Shown: positions 9,606 to 19,965 of the stretch, piece after piece
Layout of the letters: each line of letters opens with the position of its first letter
Numbering within the stretch: position 1 is the first letter of the stretch
Origin: an uncultured Chloroflexia bacterium
GTDB lineage: Bacteria; Chloroflexota; Limnocylindria; Limnocylindrales; CSP1-4
Direction: 5' to 3'
Length of the DNA stretch: 64,000 bases
NCBI GenBank assembly: GCA_963813335.1
Contig: CAWEYL010000001.1
Coordinates: forward strand, 608,001 to 672,000
Position numbers and translations under genes: made by a program
The notes under the pieces: generated by a model
Seen by the model: only the letters and a program-made list of their open reading frames with translations
Database searches by the model: none
What the model was told of the DNA's origin: nothing

Positions 9606-10848
9606 CGTCATCGGCAAACGTCGGTGGTTCTACGCGTTCTCACTGCTCCTCACGATCCCGGGACTGATCTTCATCCTCCTCACCCCGATCTCCGACGCCG
9701 GCCTGCAGTTCAGCATCGACTACACCGGCGGGACCAAGTGGGAGATCAAGTTCGAGGACCCGACGGTCACCCCGGACCAGGTCGAGGCCGTCTTCGCCGA
9801 GCACGGCCTGGAGGCCAGCGCGATCACGACGGGCTCCGGCTTCATCGAGATCCGCACCGTGGTGCCGATCGGCCTCCAGCCGCAGGCCCCGCAGGCCACC
9901 CCGGTGCCGACCCTGGCCCTACCGAGCGCGACCCCATCGGGCTCGGCGTCCGCGTCCGCCTCCGCTTCGGCTTCCGCGTCCGCGTCCGCCTCCGCCTCGA
10001 CCGCCGCGAGCGCCAGCGCCAGCCCGGCCGCCTCGGCCAGCGGGAGCGCCGTCCCGTCCGCGAGCCCGGCGCCGTCGGCCACGCCGGCGCCCTCGGCAAG
10101 CCCATCCGCGAGCCCGTCGGCCGGCGCCTCGCCCTCGGCGTCGCCATCGGCCGCACCGGCCGGCACCATCGAGCTGCCGACGACCGGCCCGCTCGGCGAG
10201 GTCCGCACCGCGCTCGAGGCCCAGCTCGGCAAGATCGCGGCCCAGAACAGCCTGACGACCATCGGCGCCGTCGTGAGCTCCGACCTGATCAGCCAGGCGC
10301 TCATCCTGATCCTGGTCGGGTCGATCGGGATCCTGCTCTGGATCACCTACCGCTTCCGCGACGTGAAGTTCGGGGTCACGGCGCTCGTCGCGCTGCTGCA
10401 CGACGTCATCCTCGTCGTCGGCTTCTTCGCCCTGCTCGGGACGTTCTTCAACGTCCAGATCGACGCCCTGTTCGTGACGGCGATGCTGACGATCATCGGG
10501 TTCAGCGTGCACGACACGATCGTGGTGTTCGACCGCGTCCGCGAGAACCGCGCCCGGCATGCCGGCGAGCCGTTCGCCGACATCGTCAACCACTCCATCC
10601 TGCAGACGTTCGGGCGCTCCATCACGACCAGCCTGACCGTCGTCCTGACGCTCCTCGCCCTCCTGCTGTTCGGCGGCTCGGCGATCAACGACTTCATCCT
10701 CGCGCTGCTGATCGGCATCGTGTCCGGGACGTACTCCTCGATCTTCGTGGCCAGCCCGCTGCTCGTGGACTGGCATCTCTGGGAGGACCGCCGGCGCGGC
10801 CGCGTCGCCACGACCCGCGCCCCTCGACCCCGCCGTTCCGTTTCCTGA
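9598..10848 (+). CDS. secF: Protein translocase subunit SecF with Ser/Ala/Pro-rich insertion
   Basis: SIDYTGGT, ALLHD, IIGFSVHDTIVVFDRVREN, GTYSSIFVASP; follows secD. Confidence 0.95.
   Translation: MFDVIGKRRWFYAFSLLLTIPGLIFILLTPISDAGLQFSIDYTGGTKWEIKFEDPTVTPDQVEAVFAEHGLEASAITTGSGFIEIRTVVPIGLQPQAPQATPVPTLALPSATPSGSASASASASASASASASASTAASASASPAASASGSAVPSASPAPSATPAPSASPSASPSAGASPSASPSAAPAGTIELPTTGPLGEVRTALEAQLGKIAAQNSLTTIGAVVSSDLISQALILILVGSIGILLWITYRFRDVKFGVTALVALLHDVILVVGFFALLGTFFNVQIDALFVTAMLTIIGFSVHDTIVVFDRVRENRARHAGEPFADIVNHSILQTFGRSITTSLTVVLTLLALLLFGGSAINDFILALLIGIVSGTYSSIFVASPLLVDWHLWEDRRRGRVATTRAPRPRRSVS
9871..10190 (+). repeat. Low-complexity (SA)n / SASP repeat inside secF
   Basis: Encodes PSGSASASASASASASASASASTAASASASPAASASGSAVPSASPAPSATPAPSASPSASPS. 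Confidence 0.85.
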
Positions 10849-10872
10849 CCCGACCGATGGAGGCGCCCGTCA

Positions 10873-10912
10873 AAGCCGCGGTGCAGCGACGGATGTCAGA
10901 CTGATGGACGTG
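10873..10912 (+). promoter_or_regulatory. recJ promoter: AAGC-N7-CAGC-N9-CAGACT-N7-GTG
   Basis: Spacing identical to the element upstream of the UvrD-like helicase. Confidence 0.5.
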
Positions 10913-12672
10913 CTCGAGCCGCGTTTCCGCTGGGTGTTCCCGGACCACGCCGAGGTCTCGGCCGACGCGGCCGCCGCCGCGACGCGGCACGGCCTGTCGG
11001 CGCGCGTGGCCAGCCTCCTCGTGGCCCGTGGCGCGCCGGACGGACCCGCCATCGACGCGTTCTTCGGCGATCCCCTCGACGGGCTGCACGACCCGGCCCT
11101 GCTCCCCGACATCGGGATCCTGCTGGGACGGCTCGCGCTCGCGCGCGAGCAGGGTGAGCGCGTGCTCGTCTTCGGCGACTTCGACGCGGACGGGCTGACC
11201 GGGCTGGCGATCATGGTCCAGGCCCTCGAACGCTACGGGCTGACGGTCGAGCCATACGTCCCGAGCCGCCTCGAGGAGGGCCACGGCCTCTCGATCGCGG
11301 CCCTCGACCGGGCCCAGGCGGTCGGGGCCACGGTGATCATCACGGTCGACTGCGGTGCGACCAGCCACGCCGAGATCGCCGAGGCCGGCCGCCGCGGGCT
11401 CGACGTCATCGTCACCGACCACCACCGCGTCCCGCCGGTGATGCCGCCGGCGCTGGCCGTGGTGGACCCGCACCGCGCCGGACTCGGTCTACCCGGACCG
11501 GCGGCTCGCGGGCAGCGGCGTCGCCTTCAAGATCGCCGGCGCGCTCCTGGCCGACCTGCCCGGGCGGCCCGGCGGCGGCGCTCGCGCTGGCGGACCTCGC
11601 GACCATCGGGACCGTCGCGGACGTGGCGCCGATCGTCGGCGAGAACCGGGCGATCGCCCGCCTCGGGCTGGCGATCCTGCGCGCCGCGCCGCGGCCCGGC
11701 ATCGCTGCGCTTCTGGAGCGGGCCAACGTCGCGCCCGCCGCCGTCGACCTCGAGACCGTCTCGTTCGCGATCGCCCCCCGGCTGAACGCCGCCGGCCGGG
11801 TGGGGGAGGCCGTGGAGGCCGCGCGCCTCCTGCTGGCGACGACGAGCGAGGACGCGAACCGCCACGCCGACGCCCTCGAAGCGGCCAACCTCGAGCGTCG
11901 CGACCTGCTCAAGCGGGCGCTGGTCGAGGCGCGCGCCGCGGTGGACGTCGGCGCGACCCCGCCTGCCACCCTCATCCACGGGCCGTGGCCGGTGGGCATC
12001 GTCGGGCTCCTCGCGGCCAGGCTGGTCGAGGACCTCGGGCGGCCCGCCGTGGTCGGATCGGAGCAAGGCGACACGATCCGCGCGTCGTGCCGCAGCGACG
12101 GGTCGATGGACCTCGGCGCCGCGCTCGAGCGGTGCGGCGACCTCTTCACGCGGTATGGCGGCCATGCCGGCGCCGCCGGCTTCGAGCTCCCGACGGCGGA
12201 CTGGGACGCCTTCTGCGCGCGGTTCCTCGTGCTCGCCGAGGCGACCGCGCCGGTCGACCCGCGCGTCCCGTTGCGGATCGACCTGGTCGTGTCGGCCCTC
12301 GAGGTCGACTACGCCTTCCTGCGCGAGCTCGCCGGGCTGGCGCCCTACGGCCCGGGCAACCCGGACCCGCTCGTGGCGGTGCTCGGCATGACCGTGACCC
12401 GCGTCCGGGCCGCGACCGGTGGGCACAGCCAGCTCACGCTGCGCCGCGATCGCGACGTCCTCGACGGGATCGCCTTCGGCCGGCCGGACCTCGCCGAGGT
12501 CGTCCGGGAAGGGGACCGGCTCGACATCGTGGCGCGGCTGGTCAGCCGCCAGTTCGGCGGCCTCGAGACGCTCCAGCTCGAGATCCGCGACGCCGCGCCG
12601 GCCGGCCACCACGTCGGGCTGCGCGCCGCGGCGCAGCCCCTTGGCGGCTCGCTCGCCGGGGTCGGGGCATGA
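10910..12672 (+). CDS. recJ: ssDNA exonuclease RecJ (two +1 frameshifts near 11480 and 11562)
   Basis: GDFDADG, ITVDCG, VTDHH, LAGSGVAFK (shifted frame), TIGTVADVAP, APRLNAAGR, GGHAGAAG, PYGPGNPDP; GTG 10910 or ATG 10904. Confidence 0.93.
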
Positions 12673-13913
12673 CCGGCTCCGCGCGCCCGCCGCGCGCCTC
12701 CGACCCGTACGGCGTCGGGCCGGTCCGCTCGCTCATCGCCCCGGTCGCGTCCGTCGTCGGCCTGCTGGTCGTCGCGTTCGTGACGCTCAGCCTGCTCAAC
12801 GGGAACGTGCCGCTGGTCGGGGCGCCAGCCGCAGGGCCAGCCGGCTCCGGCGGTACGGTCCCGGGGGTCGCGCAGACCGCGGCCCCGTCCAACGTGATCG
12901 TGGTGGAGCCTGAGGCCGCCTTCCCGGGCTCGATCGTCTACGCGAAGGCCGGCAACATCTGGATCCAGTCAGGCAAGGACGTCAAGCAGCTCACGAACGG
13001 CGGGACGGACTCGATGCCGTCGTGGTCCCCCGACGGCCAGCAGGTCTACTTCGTCCGGACCATCAACGAGATCGGGACGTGGCCGTCGCAGGGCAAGCCG
13101 TCCCACTACCTGATGACCGTCCCGAGCGTGATGGTGGTCAACGCCGATGGCAGCGGGTCGCCGTCGCGGATCATCAACGGCAAGATCCACAAGGGCAGCC
13201 TCGAGTGGTTCACCTGGCTCCGCCAGCCGGTGTCCTCGCCGAACGGCAACACGCTGGCCCTCGTCTCGGACGCGCCCGATCCGACCAAGTCGGACGTGAT
13301 CCTGCAGCTGTACGACCTCGCCAAGAAGAAGTCGACCATCCCCGACGTGACCGAGGTCGCGCCGCTCGGTCACCAGGACCCGGCCTGGAAGCCGGATGGG
13401 CTGACGCTGCTGTATGTCCGCAACGCGCGCGACGGACCCAAGGGTGCCGCGGCGATCTACCGCTACGACCTGAAGACCAAGAAGGGCACGCCCCTGACAG
13501 GCCCGGGCTATCTCGAGCCCAACTACTCGCCGGATGGGCGCTACATCACCGCGACCAAGTCGGGCACGTTCGGCTCGGACATCGTGGTGCTCGACGCGTC
13601 CCGCGGCCGCGAGCTCCTGCGGGTCACCAACGACGGCGGATCCTGGGCACCGGTCTGGTCGCCCAAGGGCGACGCGATCGCGTTCCTCCACATCGAGGGC
13701 CAGATCGTCGACCTGCGCATGGCCACGCTCGGCGGGAGCGCGCCGGACTGGACCGTCACGTCGGTCAAGCCCCTGACCGAGGTCTCGGGCCTGGACGGGG
13801 CGTCCCGACCGGATTGGTTCATCCCCGCGAGCGAGCTGCCGATCCCGACGCCGGCGCCGACGCCGAGCGCGACCACCGTGCCGTCCGCCAGCCAGAGCGC
13901 GCCCGCGCCGTGA
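12669..13913 (+). CDS. Membrane-anchored TolB-like (PD40 repeat) beta-propeller protein
   Basis: N-terminal TM helix; repeats PSWSPDG, PAWKPDG, PNYSPDG, PVWSPKG; Pro/Thr tail; ATGA overlap with recJ. Confidence 0.85.
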   Translation: MTGSARPPRASDPYGVGPVRSLIAPVASVVGLLVVAFVTLSLLNGNVPLVGAPAAGPAGSGGTVPGVAQTAAPSNVIVVEPEAAFPGSIVYAKAGNIWIQSGKDVKQLTNGGTDSMPSWSPDGQQVYFVRTINEIGTWPSQGKPSHYLMTVPSVMVVNADGSGSPSRIINGKIHKGSLEWFTWLRQPVSSPNGNTLALVSDAPDPTKSDVILQLYDLAKKKSTIPDVTEVAPLGHQDPAWKPDGLTLLYVRNARDGPKGAAAIYRYDLKTKKGTPLTGPGYLEPNYSPDGRYITATKSGTFGSDIVVLDASRGRELLRVTNDGGSWAPVWSPKGDAIAFLHIEGQIVDLRMATLGGSAPDWTVTSVKPLTEVSGLDGASRPDWFIPASELPIPTPAPTPSATTVPSASQSAPAP

Positions 13914-14785
13914 CGACGACCTACCTCGAACGGCTCGCGGCACGGTCCGCGGCGACCGGCACGGTGCTCTGCCTCGGGCTGGATCCCGACCCGGCGACCA
14001 TGCCGGACGGGTTCTCCCGCGACCTCGCCGGCCTCGAGCGGTTCGCGACGCTGGTCGTGGAGGCTGCGGCACCGCATGCCGCGGCCATCAAGCCGAACCT
14101 CGCCTTCTTCGAGGCGTTCGGGTCGGCCGGGATGGCGGCCCTCGAGCGCATCCGGGCGCGCCTCCCGGGGGACCTCCCGGTGCTGGCCGACGCGAAGCGC
14201 GGCGACATCGGGTCGACCGCGGCCCGCCAGGCCGTCGCGCTGTTCGACGTCCTCGGCGCCGACGCGGTGACCGTCAACCCGTACCTCGGCGCGGAGGCGA
14301 TCGCGCCGCTCCTCGATCGAGCAGACCGGTTCGCCTACGTCCTGTGCCGGACGTCCAATCCCGGGGCAGGGGAGCTCCAGGATCTCATGGTCACGGAGGA
14401 CCTCGACGCGGGCTTCCCGGCCGAGCCGCTCCACCGACGCGTGGCCCGGCGAGCGGCGACCTGGGGCCCGGGCGGCACCGTCGGACTGGTCGTCGGCGGG
14501 ACCGCGCCCGCCGAGCTCGCCGGCATCCGCGCGACGGTGCCCGGCCTGGCCTTCCTCGTGCCCGGCGTCGGCGCCCAGGGTGGCGAGGCGGACGCCGTCC
14601 TCGAGCACGGGATGGCCAGCGCCGCACCAGCCGGGAGCCGCGCTGGCCGAGGCCTGCTGGTCAACGTGTCGCGCGCGATCGCCGACCCGCCGACGGTCGC
14701 GGGGACGGGCGGTCCGACCGACCCCTTCGAGCGTGTCGCGCACGCCGCCGCCGAGTGGGCCCGAAAGCTCCCTGTGCTACCCTAG
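13910..14785 (+). CDS. pyrF: Orotidine-5'-phosphate decarboxylase (subfamily 2)
   Basis: LCLGLDP, KPNLAFFE, DAKRGDIGST, TVNPYLG, LCRTSNPG, LVPGVGAQGG, VNVSR. Confidence 0.95.
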   Translation: MTTTYLERLAARSAATGTVLCLGLDPDPATMPDGFSRDLAGLERFATLVVEAAAPHAAAIKPNLAFFEAFGSAGMAALERIRARLPGDLPVLADAKRGDIGSTAARQAVALFDVLGADAVTVNPYLGAEAIAPLLDRADRFAYVLCRTSNPGAGELQDLMVTEDLDAGFPAEPLHRRVARRAATWGPGGTVGLVVGGTAPAELAGIRATVPGLAFLVPGVGAQGGEADAVLEHGMASAAPAGSRAGRGLLVNVSRAIADPPTVAGTGGPTDPFERVAHAAAEWARKLPVLP

Positions 14786-14865
14786 CCGGCGCACCGGACG
14801 GTCCCCGCGCCTCGTCCCCGAGCGACGTGGCGCATCCCTGAAACGACCTTCACAGGAGCACGACG

Positions 14866-15201
14866 ATGCCGAACATCGGAGCCCCGGAGCTCATCATCAT
14901 CCTGGTCATCGCGCTGCTGGTCCTCGGCCCGGGCAAGCTTCCCGAGGTCGGCAAGTCGATCGGCCAGAGCATCAAGGAATTCCGGAAGGCGTCGACCGAC
15001 GTCCAGGAAGGCATGAACCTCAACCCGACCCCGGCGACGCCGGCCGCGGGCGCGGTGGCCCGCGGCGCGCCGGTGGCCCAGGTCGAGGCCGCCCCGGTCG
15101 CCGCAGCGCCGGTGGCCGCCGCCGTCGCTGCGCCTGCCACCGCTCCTGAGCCGGTCGCGGCTGCGCCCGCCGCCAGCGAGCCGACGGCCCCGAGCAACTG
15201 A
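14866..15201 (+). CDS. tatA: Twin-arginine translocase TatA
   Basis: IGAPELIIILVIALLVLGPGKLPEVGKSIGQSIKEFRK; RBS AGGAG. Confidence 0.93.
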   Translation: MPNIGAPELIIILVIALLVLGPGKLPEVGKSIGQSIKEFRKASTDVQEGMNLNPTPATPAAGAVARGAPVAQVEAAPVAAAPVAAAVAAPATAPEPVAAAPAASEPTAPSN

Positions 15202-15224
15202 CGCTCCGCGTCCTGGTCCGCTAG

Positions 15225-16037
15225 ATGGCCGACGCCGACGCCCTGCGCGACGCCGGCGTCCCGGCGATCCCGGTGACGCCCGGGTCGACGCCGCCCCCGG
15301 ACGCCGCGCCGCCCAGCGCGCCCGACAGCTCGGTGATGACGCTCATCGACCATCTCGGTGAGCTGCGCACTCGGCTCTTCCGCGCGATCCTGGCGGTCGC
15401 GGTCGGCAGCGCCATCGGGTTCTACTTCGCCAGGGACATCCGGAACCTCCTGATCGCGCCGCTGCCACCGGACCCACTGACGGGCCACCCCAGCGTGCAG
15501 GTCCTCGGCCTCGGCGATGCCTTCGTCATCCAGCTCAAGATCTCCATCGTCTTCGGCATCATCGTGGCGATGCCCGTGCTGCTCTACCAGCTCTGGGCCT
15601 TCGTCGCGCCTGGCTTGACCCCATCGGAGAGGAAGACGGTCCGGCCATGGATCCCGTTGGCGCTCTTCTTCTTCGCCCTCGGCGTCGTGATCGCGTACTT
15701 CATCCTCCCCTACGCGGTCGCCTTCCTGCTCGCGTTCACCGACGAATACCTGACACAGGGCATCGCGGCCGGCCCGTACTTCGAGTTCGTGACCACGATG
15801 TTCCTGGCGTTCGGCCTGGTGTTGGAGTTCCCGATCGTGATGGTCGGCCTCTCGAAGGTCGGCATCCTGACGTCGGAGCGGCTGAACGGCACGCGTCGGA
15901 TGACGATCCTCGGGATCGCGATCTTCGCGGCCGTGGCGACCCCGGGCGGCGACCTCGTGAGCCCGTTCGTGCTGGGGCTCACGATGTACCTGCTCTACGA
16001 GCTGACGACCTTGTACATCAAGCGCACCGGGCGGTGA
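15225..16037 (+). CDS. tatC: Twin-arginine translocase TatC
   Basis: MTLIDHLGELRTRL, QLWAFVAPGL, FGLVLEFP, ATPGGD. Confidence 0.95.
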   Translation: MADADALRDAGVPAIPVTPGSTPPPDAAPPSAPDSSVMTLIDHLGELRTRLFRAILAVAVGSAIGFYFARDIRNLLIAPLPPDPLTGHPSVQVLGLGDAFVIQLKISIVFGIIVAMPVLLYQLWAFVAPGLTPSERKTVRPWIPLALFFFALGVVIAYFILPYAVAFLLAFTDEYLTQGIAAGPYFEFVTTMFLAFGLVLEFPIVMVGLSKVGILTSERLNGTRRMTILGIAIFAAVATPGGDLVSPFVLGLTMYLLYELTTLYIKRTGR

Positions 16038-16942
16038 CCGGGCGGCCGGAGGGCGGCGCGGTCGGCGAGGCCCTGCCCGGACCCGCGGTCGTGATCGTCA
16101 GCGGCCTGTCCGGTGGCGGCAAGACCGCCGCGGCCAAGCTGTTCGAGGACATCGGCTACACCGTCGTGGACAACCTGCCCGGTGAGCTGCTGCCCGAGCT
16201 GGCCGAGCTCGTCTCGTCCGACAGCGAGCGCTTCGCTCACGTCGCGATCGTGCTGGACGTGCGGGCGGGCGACGCGGCCATGGCCTTCGGGGCGATGCGC
16301 GGCGCGCTGGAGGGCCGCGGCATCCAGCCCAGGGTCGTCTTCCTCGAGGCGCGCGACGAGGTCCTCATCCGCCGCTTCAGCGAGACCCGCCACCGCCACC
16401 CGCTCGGGGACCAGCGCGGGATCGCGAGCTCCATCGCCGAGGAGCGCCGCCTCCTCGACCCGGTCCGCTCCGAGTCCGACATCGTCCTCGACACCTCGGA
16501 CCTGTCGCTGCGCGAGCTGCGCGAGCGGCTGTTCGCGGAGCTCGGCACGACCAGCGGCCCGGACCAGCTCGCAGTCCAGCTCATCAGCTTCGGGTTCAAG
16601 TTCGGCGTGCCCCTCGAGTCGGACCTCGTCTTCGACGTCCGGTTCATGCAGAACCCGTACTACGTCGCCGACCTGCGCCAGCTGTCGGGACTGACCGAGG
16701 CCGTCCGCGAGTTCGTCCTCGCGCAGCCCGTGGCCGGCCGCTTCCTCGCCTTCCTGCAGGATTTCCTCGACTTCGCGGTCCCGGCCTACATCGCCGAGGG
16801 CAAGACCCGGCTGACGATCGGCATCGGCTGCACCGGCGGCTACCACCGCTCGATCGTCATCAGCGAGGAGCTGGCGGCCTGGCTGCGCGAGCGCGGGTTC
16901 GGGCCGGTCGCGGTCTTCCACCGCGAGCTGGAGCGGGCGTGA
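16034..16942 (+). CDS. rapZ: RNase adapter RapZ / YvcJ P-loop protein
   Basis: SGLSGGGKT, VDNLP, RRFSETRHRHPL, SFGFKFGVP, FDVRFMQNP, GCTGGYHRS. Confidence 0.95.
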   Translation: MTGRPEGGAVGEALPGPAVVIVSGLSGGGKTAAAKLFEDIGYTVVDNLPGELLPELAELVSSDSERFAHVAIVLDVRAGDAAMAFGAMRGALEGRGIQPRVVFLEARDEVLIRRFSETRHRHPLGDQRGIASSIAEERRLLDPVRSESDIVLDTSDLSLRELRERLFAELGTTSGPDQLAVQLISFGFKFGVPLESDLVFDVRFMQNPYYVADLRQLSGLTEAVREFVLAQPVAGRFLAFLQDFLDFAVPAYIAEGKTRLTIGIGCTGGYHRSIVISEELAAWLRERGFGPVAVFHRELERA

Positions 16943-18270
16943 ACCTGCGCCGCTGGCTGAGCCCGGGGATCGGGGTCAAGCGCTGGCTGCTGGTCGTCTT
17001 CGCCGGGCTGCTCCTGCTCGCGCTCGGCGTGGCGCACGTGCTCCGCCAGGTCACCCGCGACTTCGCGCCGGTCGGCCCGCTCGGCGCCTTCATCGACATC
17101 CTGACCCTGCAGTTCCTGCCGTACCCGTTGCGCGGCCTGATCGCCGGCGGCGTCGGGTTGATCGTGCTGGTCATCGGCGCCGTCCAGGTGATCCGTGCCT
17201 TCATGGGGCCCTTCCGCACCTCGGACGCCGACCAGCCGCCCCTCGTCGAGCTGATCTACCAGAAGCGGTTCCTGGCCCGCGGGCCGCGGATCGTCGCGAT
17301 CGGCGGCGGGACCGGCCTCTCCACGCTGCTCCGCGGCCTCAAGGAGCACACCAGCAATCTCACGGCGATCGTGACGGTCGCCGACGACGGCGGATCGTCC
17401 GGCGTGCTGCGCGAGTCGCTCGGGATCCCGCCGGTCGGCGACATCCGCAACTGCATCGCCGCGCTGGCCGACGCGGAGCCGCTGATGAACGAGGTCCTCC
17501 AGTACCGCTTCCCGGCCGGGGAGGACGCCGGCGGCGACCCGTCGGGGCTCGCCGGGCATCCCGTCGGCAACCTCCTGATCGCGGCGATGACCGCGATCGA
17601 GGATGGCGACTTCGAGGAGGGCGTCCGGCAGGTCAACCGGGTGCTGGCGGTGCGCGGCCAGGTCGTGCCGGCGTCGGGGACGCCGCTCACGCTCCATGCC
17701 GAGCTCGGCGACGGGTCCACCATCCACGGCCAGTCGCTGATCATGCGGACCGCGGGGATCGGCCGGGTCTGGCTGACGCCGGCCGACGTCCGCCCGTCGG
17801 AGGACGCCCTGACGGCCATCGCCGAGGCGGACCTGATCGTCCTCGGGCCTGGCAGCCTGTACACGAGCCTGCTGCCGAGCCTGCTGATCCCGGGCATCCG
17901 CGAGGCGCTGCTGGCCAGTCACGCGCCGCGGGTCTTCGCCTGCAACGTCGCCACGCAGGACGGTGAGACGGCCGGCTATGACCTGGCCGCCCACGTCGAG
18001 GCGCTGGTCGCCCACACCGCCCCGGGGATCATCGACATGGTCCTGGCCAACAACCGGTTCGAGGCGAAGGTGCCCGAGGTCTGGCACGCGGAGCCCGTCC
18101 GGCTCCGCTGGCCGGCGGCGGTGACGCCGCTCCCGCGCCTCGTCCTCGACGACGTCGTCGACCCGGCGAACGCCCACCACCACGACCCCGAGCGCCTCGC
18201 GCTGGCGCTCCTCTCGATCGTCGAGCGCGAGACGGGCGCCCGACGGAAGACCGTCGCGCGGACGGCCTGA
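16939..18270 (+). CDS. yvcK: YvcK/GlmR (UPF0052) family protein with N-terminal TM helices
   Basis: IGGGTGLS, VTVADDGGSSG, GDIRNC, GHPVGNL, GPGSLYTSLLP; between rapZ and whiA. Confidence 0.92.
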   Translation: MNLRRWLSPGIGVKRWLLVVFAGLLLLALGVAHVLRQVTRDFAPVGPLGAFIDILTLQFLPYPLRGLIAGGVGLIVLVIGAVQVIRAFMGPFRTSDADQPPLVELIYQKRFLARGPRIVAIGGGTGLSTLLRGLKEHTSNLTAIVTVADDGGSSGVLRESLGIPPVGDIRNCIAALADAEPLMNEVLQYRFPAGEDAGGDPSGLAGHPVGNLLIAAMTAIEDGDFEEGVRQVNRVLAVRGQVVPASGTPLTLHAELGDGSTIHGQSLIMRTAGIGRVWLTPADVRPSEDALTAIAEADLIVLGPGSLYTSLLPSLLIPGIREALLASHAPRVFACNVATQDGETAGYDLAAHVEALVAHTAPGIIDMVLANNRFEAKVPEVWHAEPVRLRWPAAVTPLPRLVLDDVVDPANAHHHDPERLALALLSIVERETGARRKTVARTA

Positions 18271-18316
18271 GCGTGCCCCTCGTCCCCGGTCGCCGACCCG
18301 CCACGACGCTTGCCCC

Positions 18317-19165
18317 ATGACCCGCTCCGAGCGCGACCTCGTCCTGAGCCTGCGCGCCGAGCTGGCCGGCATCGACCCGTCGCGCGCCTGCGACCGGCTC
18401 GCGGAGGCCGCCGGCCTCGGCTCGAGCGCGGTCCGGCGGGAGGGGCCGGTCGCGCGGCTGGCCGTCCGGCTGCGCCGCGGCTCGGATGGCGCCGGGCGCC
18501 CGGCGGTGGCCGGCGAGGGCCCGGCCAGCGCCCCCGCCGCGTTCGACTGGGACGGCGCCGCCGAGCACTGCCGGACCGCGTGGCTGCGGGGCCGGTTCCT
18601 CGCCTGCGGCTCGCTCAGCCTGTCGGGCGGCCGGACCCACCTCGAATTCGTCGTCGATCCGGCGGACGCCCCGGTCCTTGCCGCACGCCTCGCGGACATC
18701 GACCTGCCGGCCTCGTGGCGGATCCGCCGCGGTCGCGGCGTCGTGACCTGGAAGAGCGGCGAGGCGGTCGGCACGTTCCTGCGCCGCATCGGGGCGGCGG
18801 GCGGCCTGCTGGAGCTCGAGGCGCGCCAGGTCTCGCGTGCCCTGCGCGGCGACCTCAACCGCGTCCTGAACGCCGAATCGGCCAACCTGCAGCGGGCCGT
18901 CAGCGCCGCCGGCCGACAACTCGACGCCATCGCCGTCCTCGAGGCGGACGGCCGGCTGGCGCGCCAGCCGGAGGTCGTCCGGATGGTCGCGGCGGCACGG
19001 CGCGAGACCCCCGAAGCCACCCTGTCGGAGCTGGCGGAGCGGCTGCACCTCCACCGGTCCGCGGCCCAGCGGGCGCTCGAGCGCATCGAGGATCTCTCCC
19101 TGCACGGTGACGACGCCCCGGTCGAGCGCCCGGCCCGCCGCCGCCGGTCGCCCGCTCTGGCATGA
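18317..19165 (+). CDS. whiA: DNA-binding protein WhiA
   Basis: AWLRGRFLACGSLS..HLEF, NRVLNAESANL, C-terminal HTH PEATLSELAE; canonical synteny. Confidence 0.9.
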   Translation: MTRSERDLVLSLRAELAGIDPSRACDRLAEAAGLGSSAVRREGPVARLAVRLRRGSDGAGRPAVAGEGPASAPAAFDWDGAAEHCRTAWLRGRFLACGSLSLSGGRTHLEFVVDPADAPVLAARLADIDLPASWRIRRGRGVVTWKSGEAVGTFLRRIGAAGGLLELEARQVSRALRGDLNRVLNAESANLQRAVSAAGRQLDAIAVLEADGRLARQPEVVRMVAAARRETPEATLSELAERLHLHRSAAQRALERIEDLSLHGDDAPVERPARRRRSPALA

Positions 19166-19173
19166 TTCCGATG

Positions 19174-19965
19174 ATGCGTGACGTGATCGTGGCCGCGAAC
19201 TGGAAGATGAACACGACGCCGGCCGATGCCGGGGACCTCGCCCGGACGATCGCAGCGCGGACCCGCGAGCCCGGCGTCATCCGGGTCATCTGCCCGCCGT
19301 TCGTCTGCCTCGCCGCCGTCCGCGATGCCCTGGCCGAGAGCGACCCCGACGTCGCCGTCGGCGCCCAGACCGTCCACCACGAGCTGGCCGGCGCCTACAC
19401 GGGCGAGGTCTCCGCGCCGATGCTGGCCGGCCTCGCGACCTGGGTCATCGTCGGCCATTCCGAACGCCGCCGCGACGCCGGCGAGACCGACGAGCTGATC
19501 GGCCGCAAGCTGACACGGGCCGTCGATGCGGGCCTGCGCCCGATCCTGTGCGTGGGCGAGCAGCTGGCCGAGCGGGACGCCGGGGCGCAGGAGGGCGTGG
19601 TCGAGCGCCAGCTCGCCGGTGCCCTCGCGGCCGACGACCCGGCACGCCTGGCGGCGGCCGGCCTGGTCATCGCCTACGAGCCGGTCTGGGCGATCGGCAC
19701 GGGCCGCAACGCCAGCGGCCAGGACGCCTCGGCGATGGCCGACGCGATCCGCGCGGCGCTCGCCGCCGCCGGCCTCGGCGCGGCTGCCGAGGCGATCCCG
19801 GTCCTCTACGGCGGCAGCGTCACGTCCGCGAACATCGGGGAGTTCCTCGCGGAGCCCGCGATCGACGGCGCGCTCGTCGGCGGGGCATCGCTCAAGCCGG
19901 ACGAGATGGCGGGCATCGTCGCCCGCGCCGGCCTCACCGCCCGCGCACGCCGCGCCGCGGCGTGA
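19174..19965 (+). CDS. tpiA: Triosephosphate isomerase
   Basis: AANWKMN, GAYTGE, GHSERR, AYEPVWAIGTG, YGGSV, LVGGASL; ATG 19174 preferred (ORF call 19162). Confidence 0.96.
   Translation: MRDVIVAANWKMNTTPADAGDLARTIAARTREPGVIRVICPPFVCLAAVRDALAESDPDVAVGAQTVHHELAGAYTGEVSAPMLAGLATWVIVGHSERRRDAGETDELIGRKLTRAVDAGLRPILCVGEQLAERDAGAQEGVVERQLAGALAADDPARLAAAGLVIAYEPVWAIGTGRNASGQDASAMADAIRAALAAAGLGAAAEAIPVLYGGSVTSANIGEFLAEPAIDGALVGGASLKPDEMAGIVARAGLTARARRAAA

Noticed and set aside
9940-10030. Tandem GCGTCC-like repeats as CRISPR or contingency locus
   Set aside because: In-frame Ser-Ala codons with synonymous variation; no spacers or cas genes
14866-16037. tatA-tatC without tatB as a novelty
   Set aside because: Minimal TatAC systems are well known in monoderm bacteria
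18317-19165. WhiA LAGLIDADG-like domain as a homing endonuclease
   Set aside because: Known domesticated domain in the standard rapZ-yvcK-whiA context
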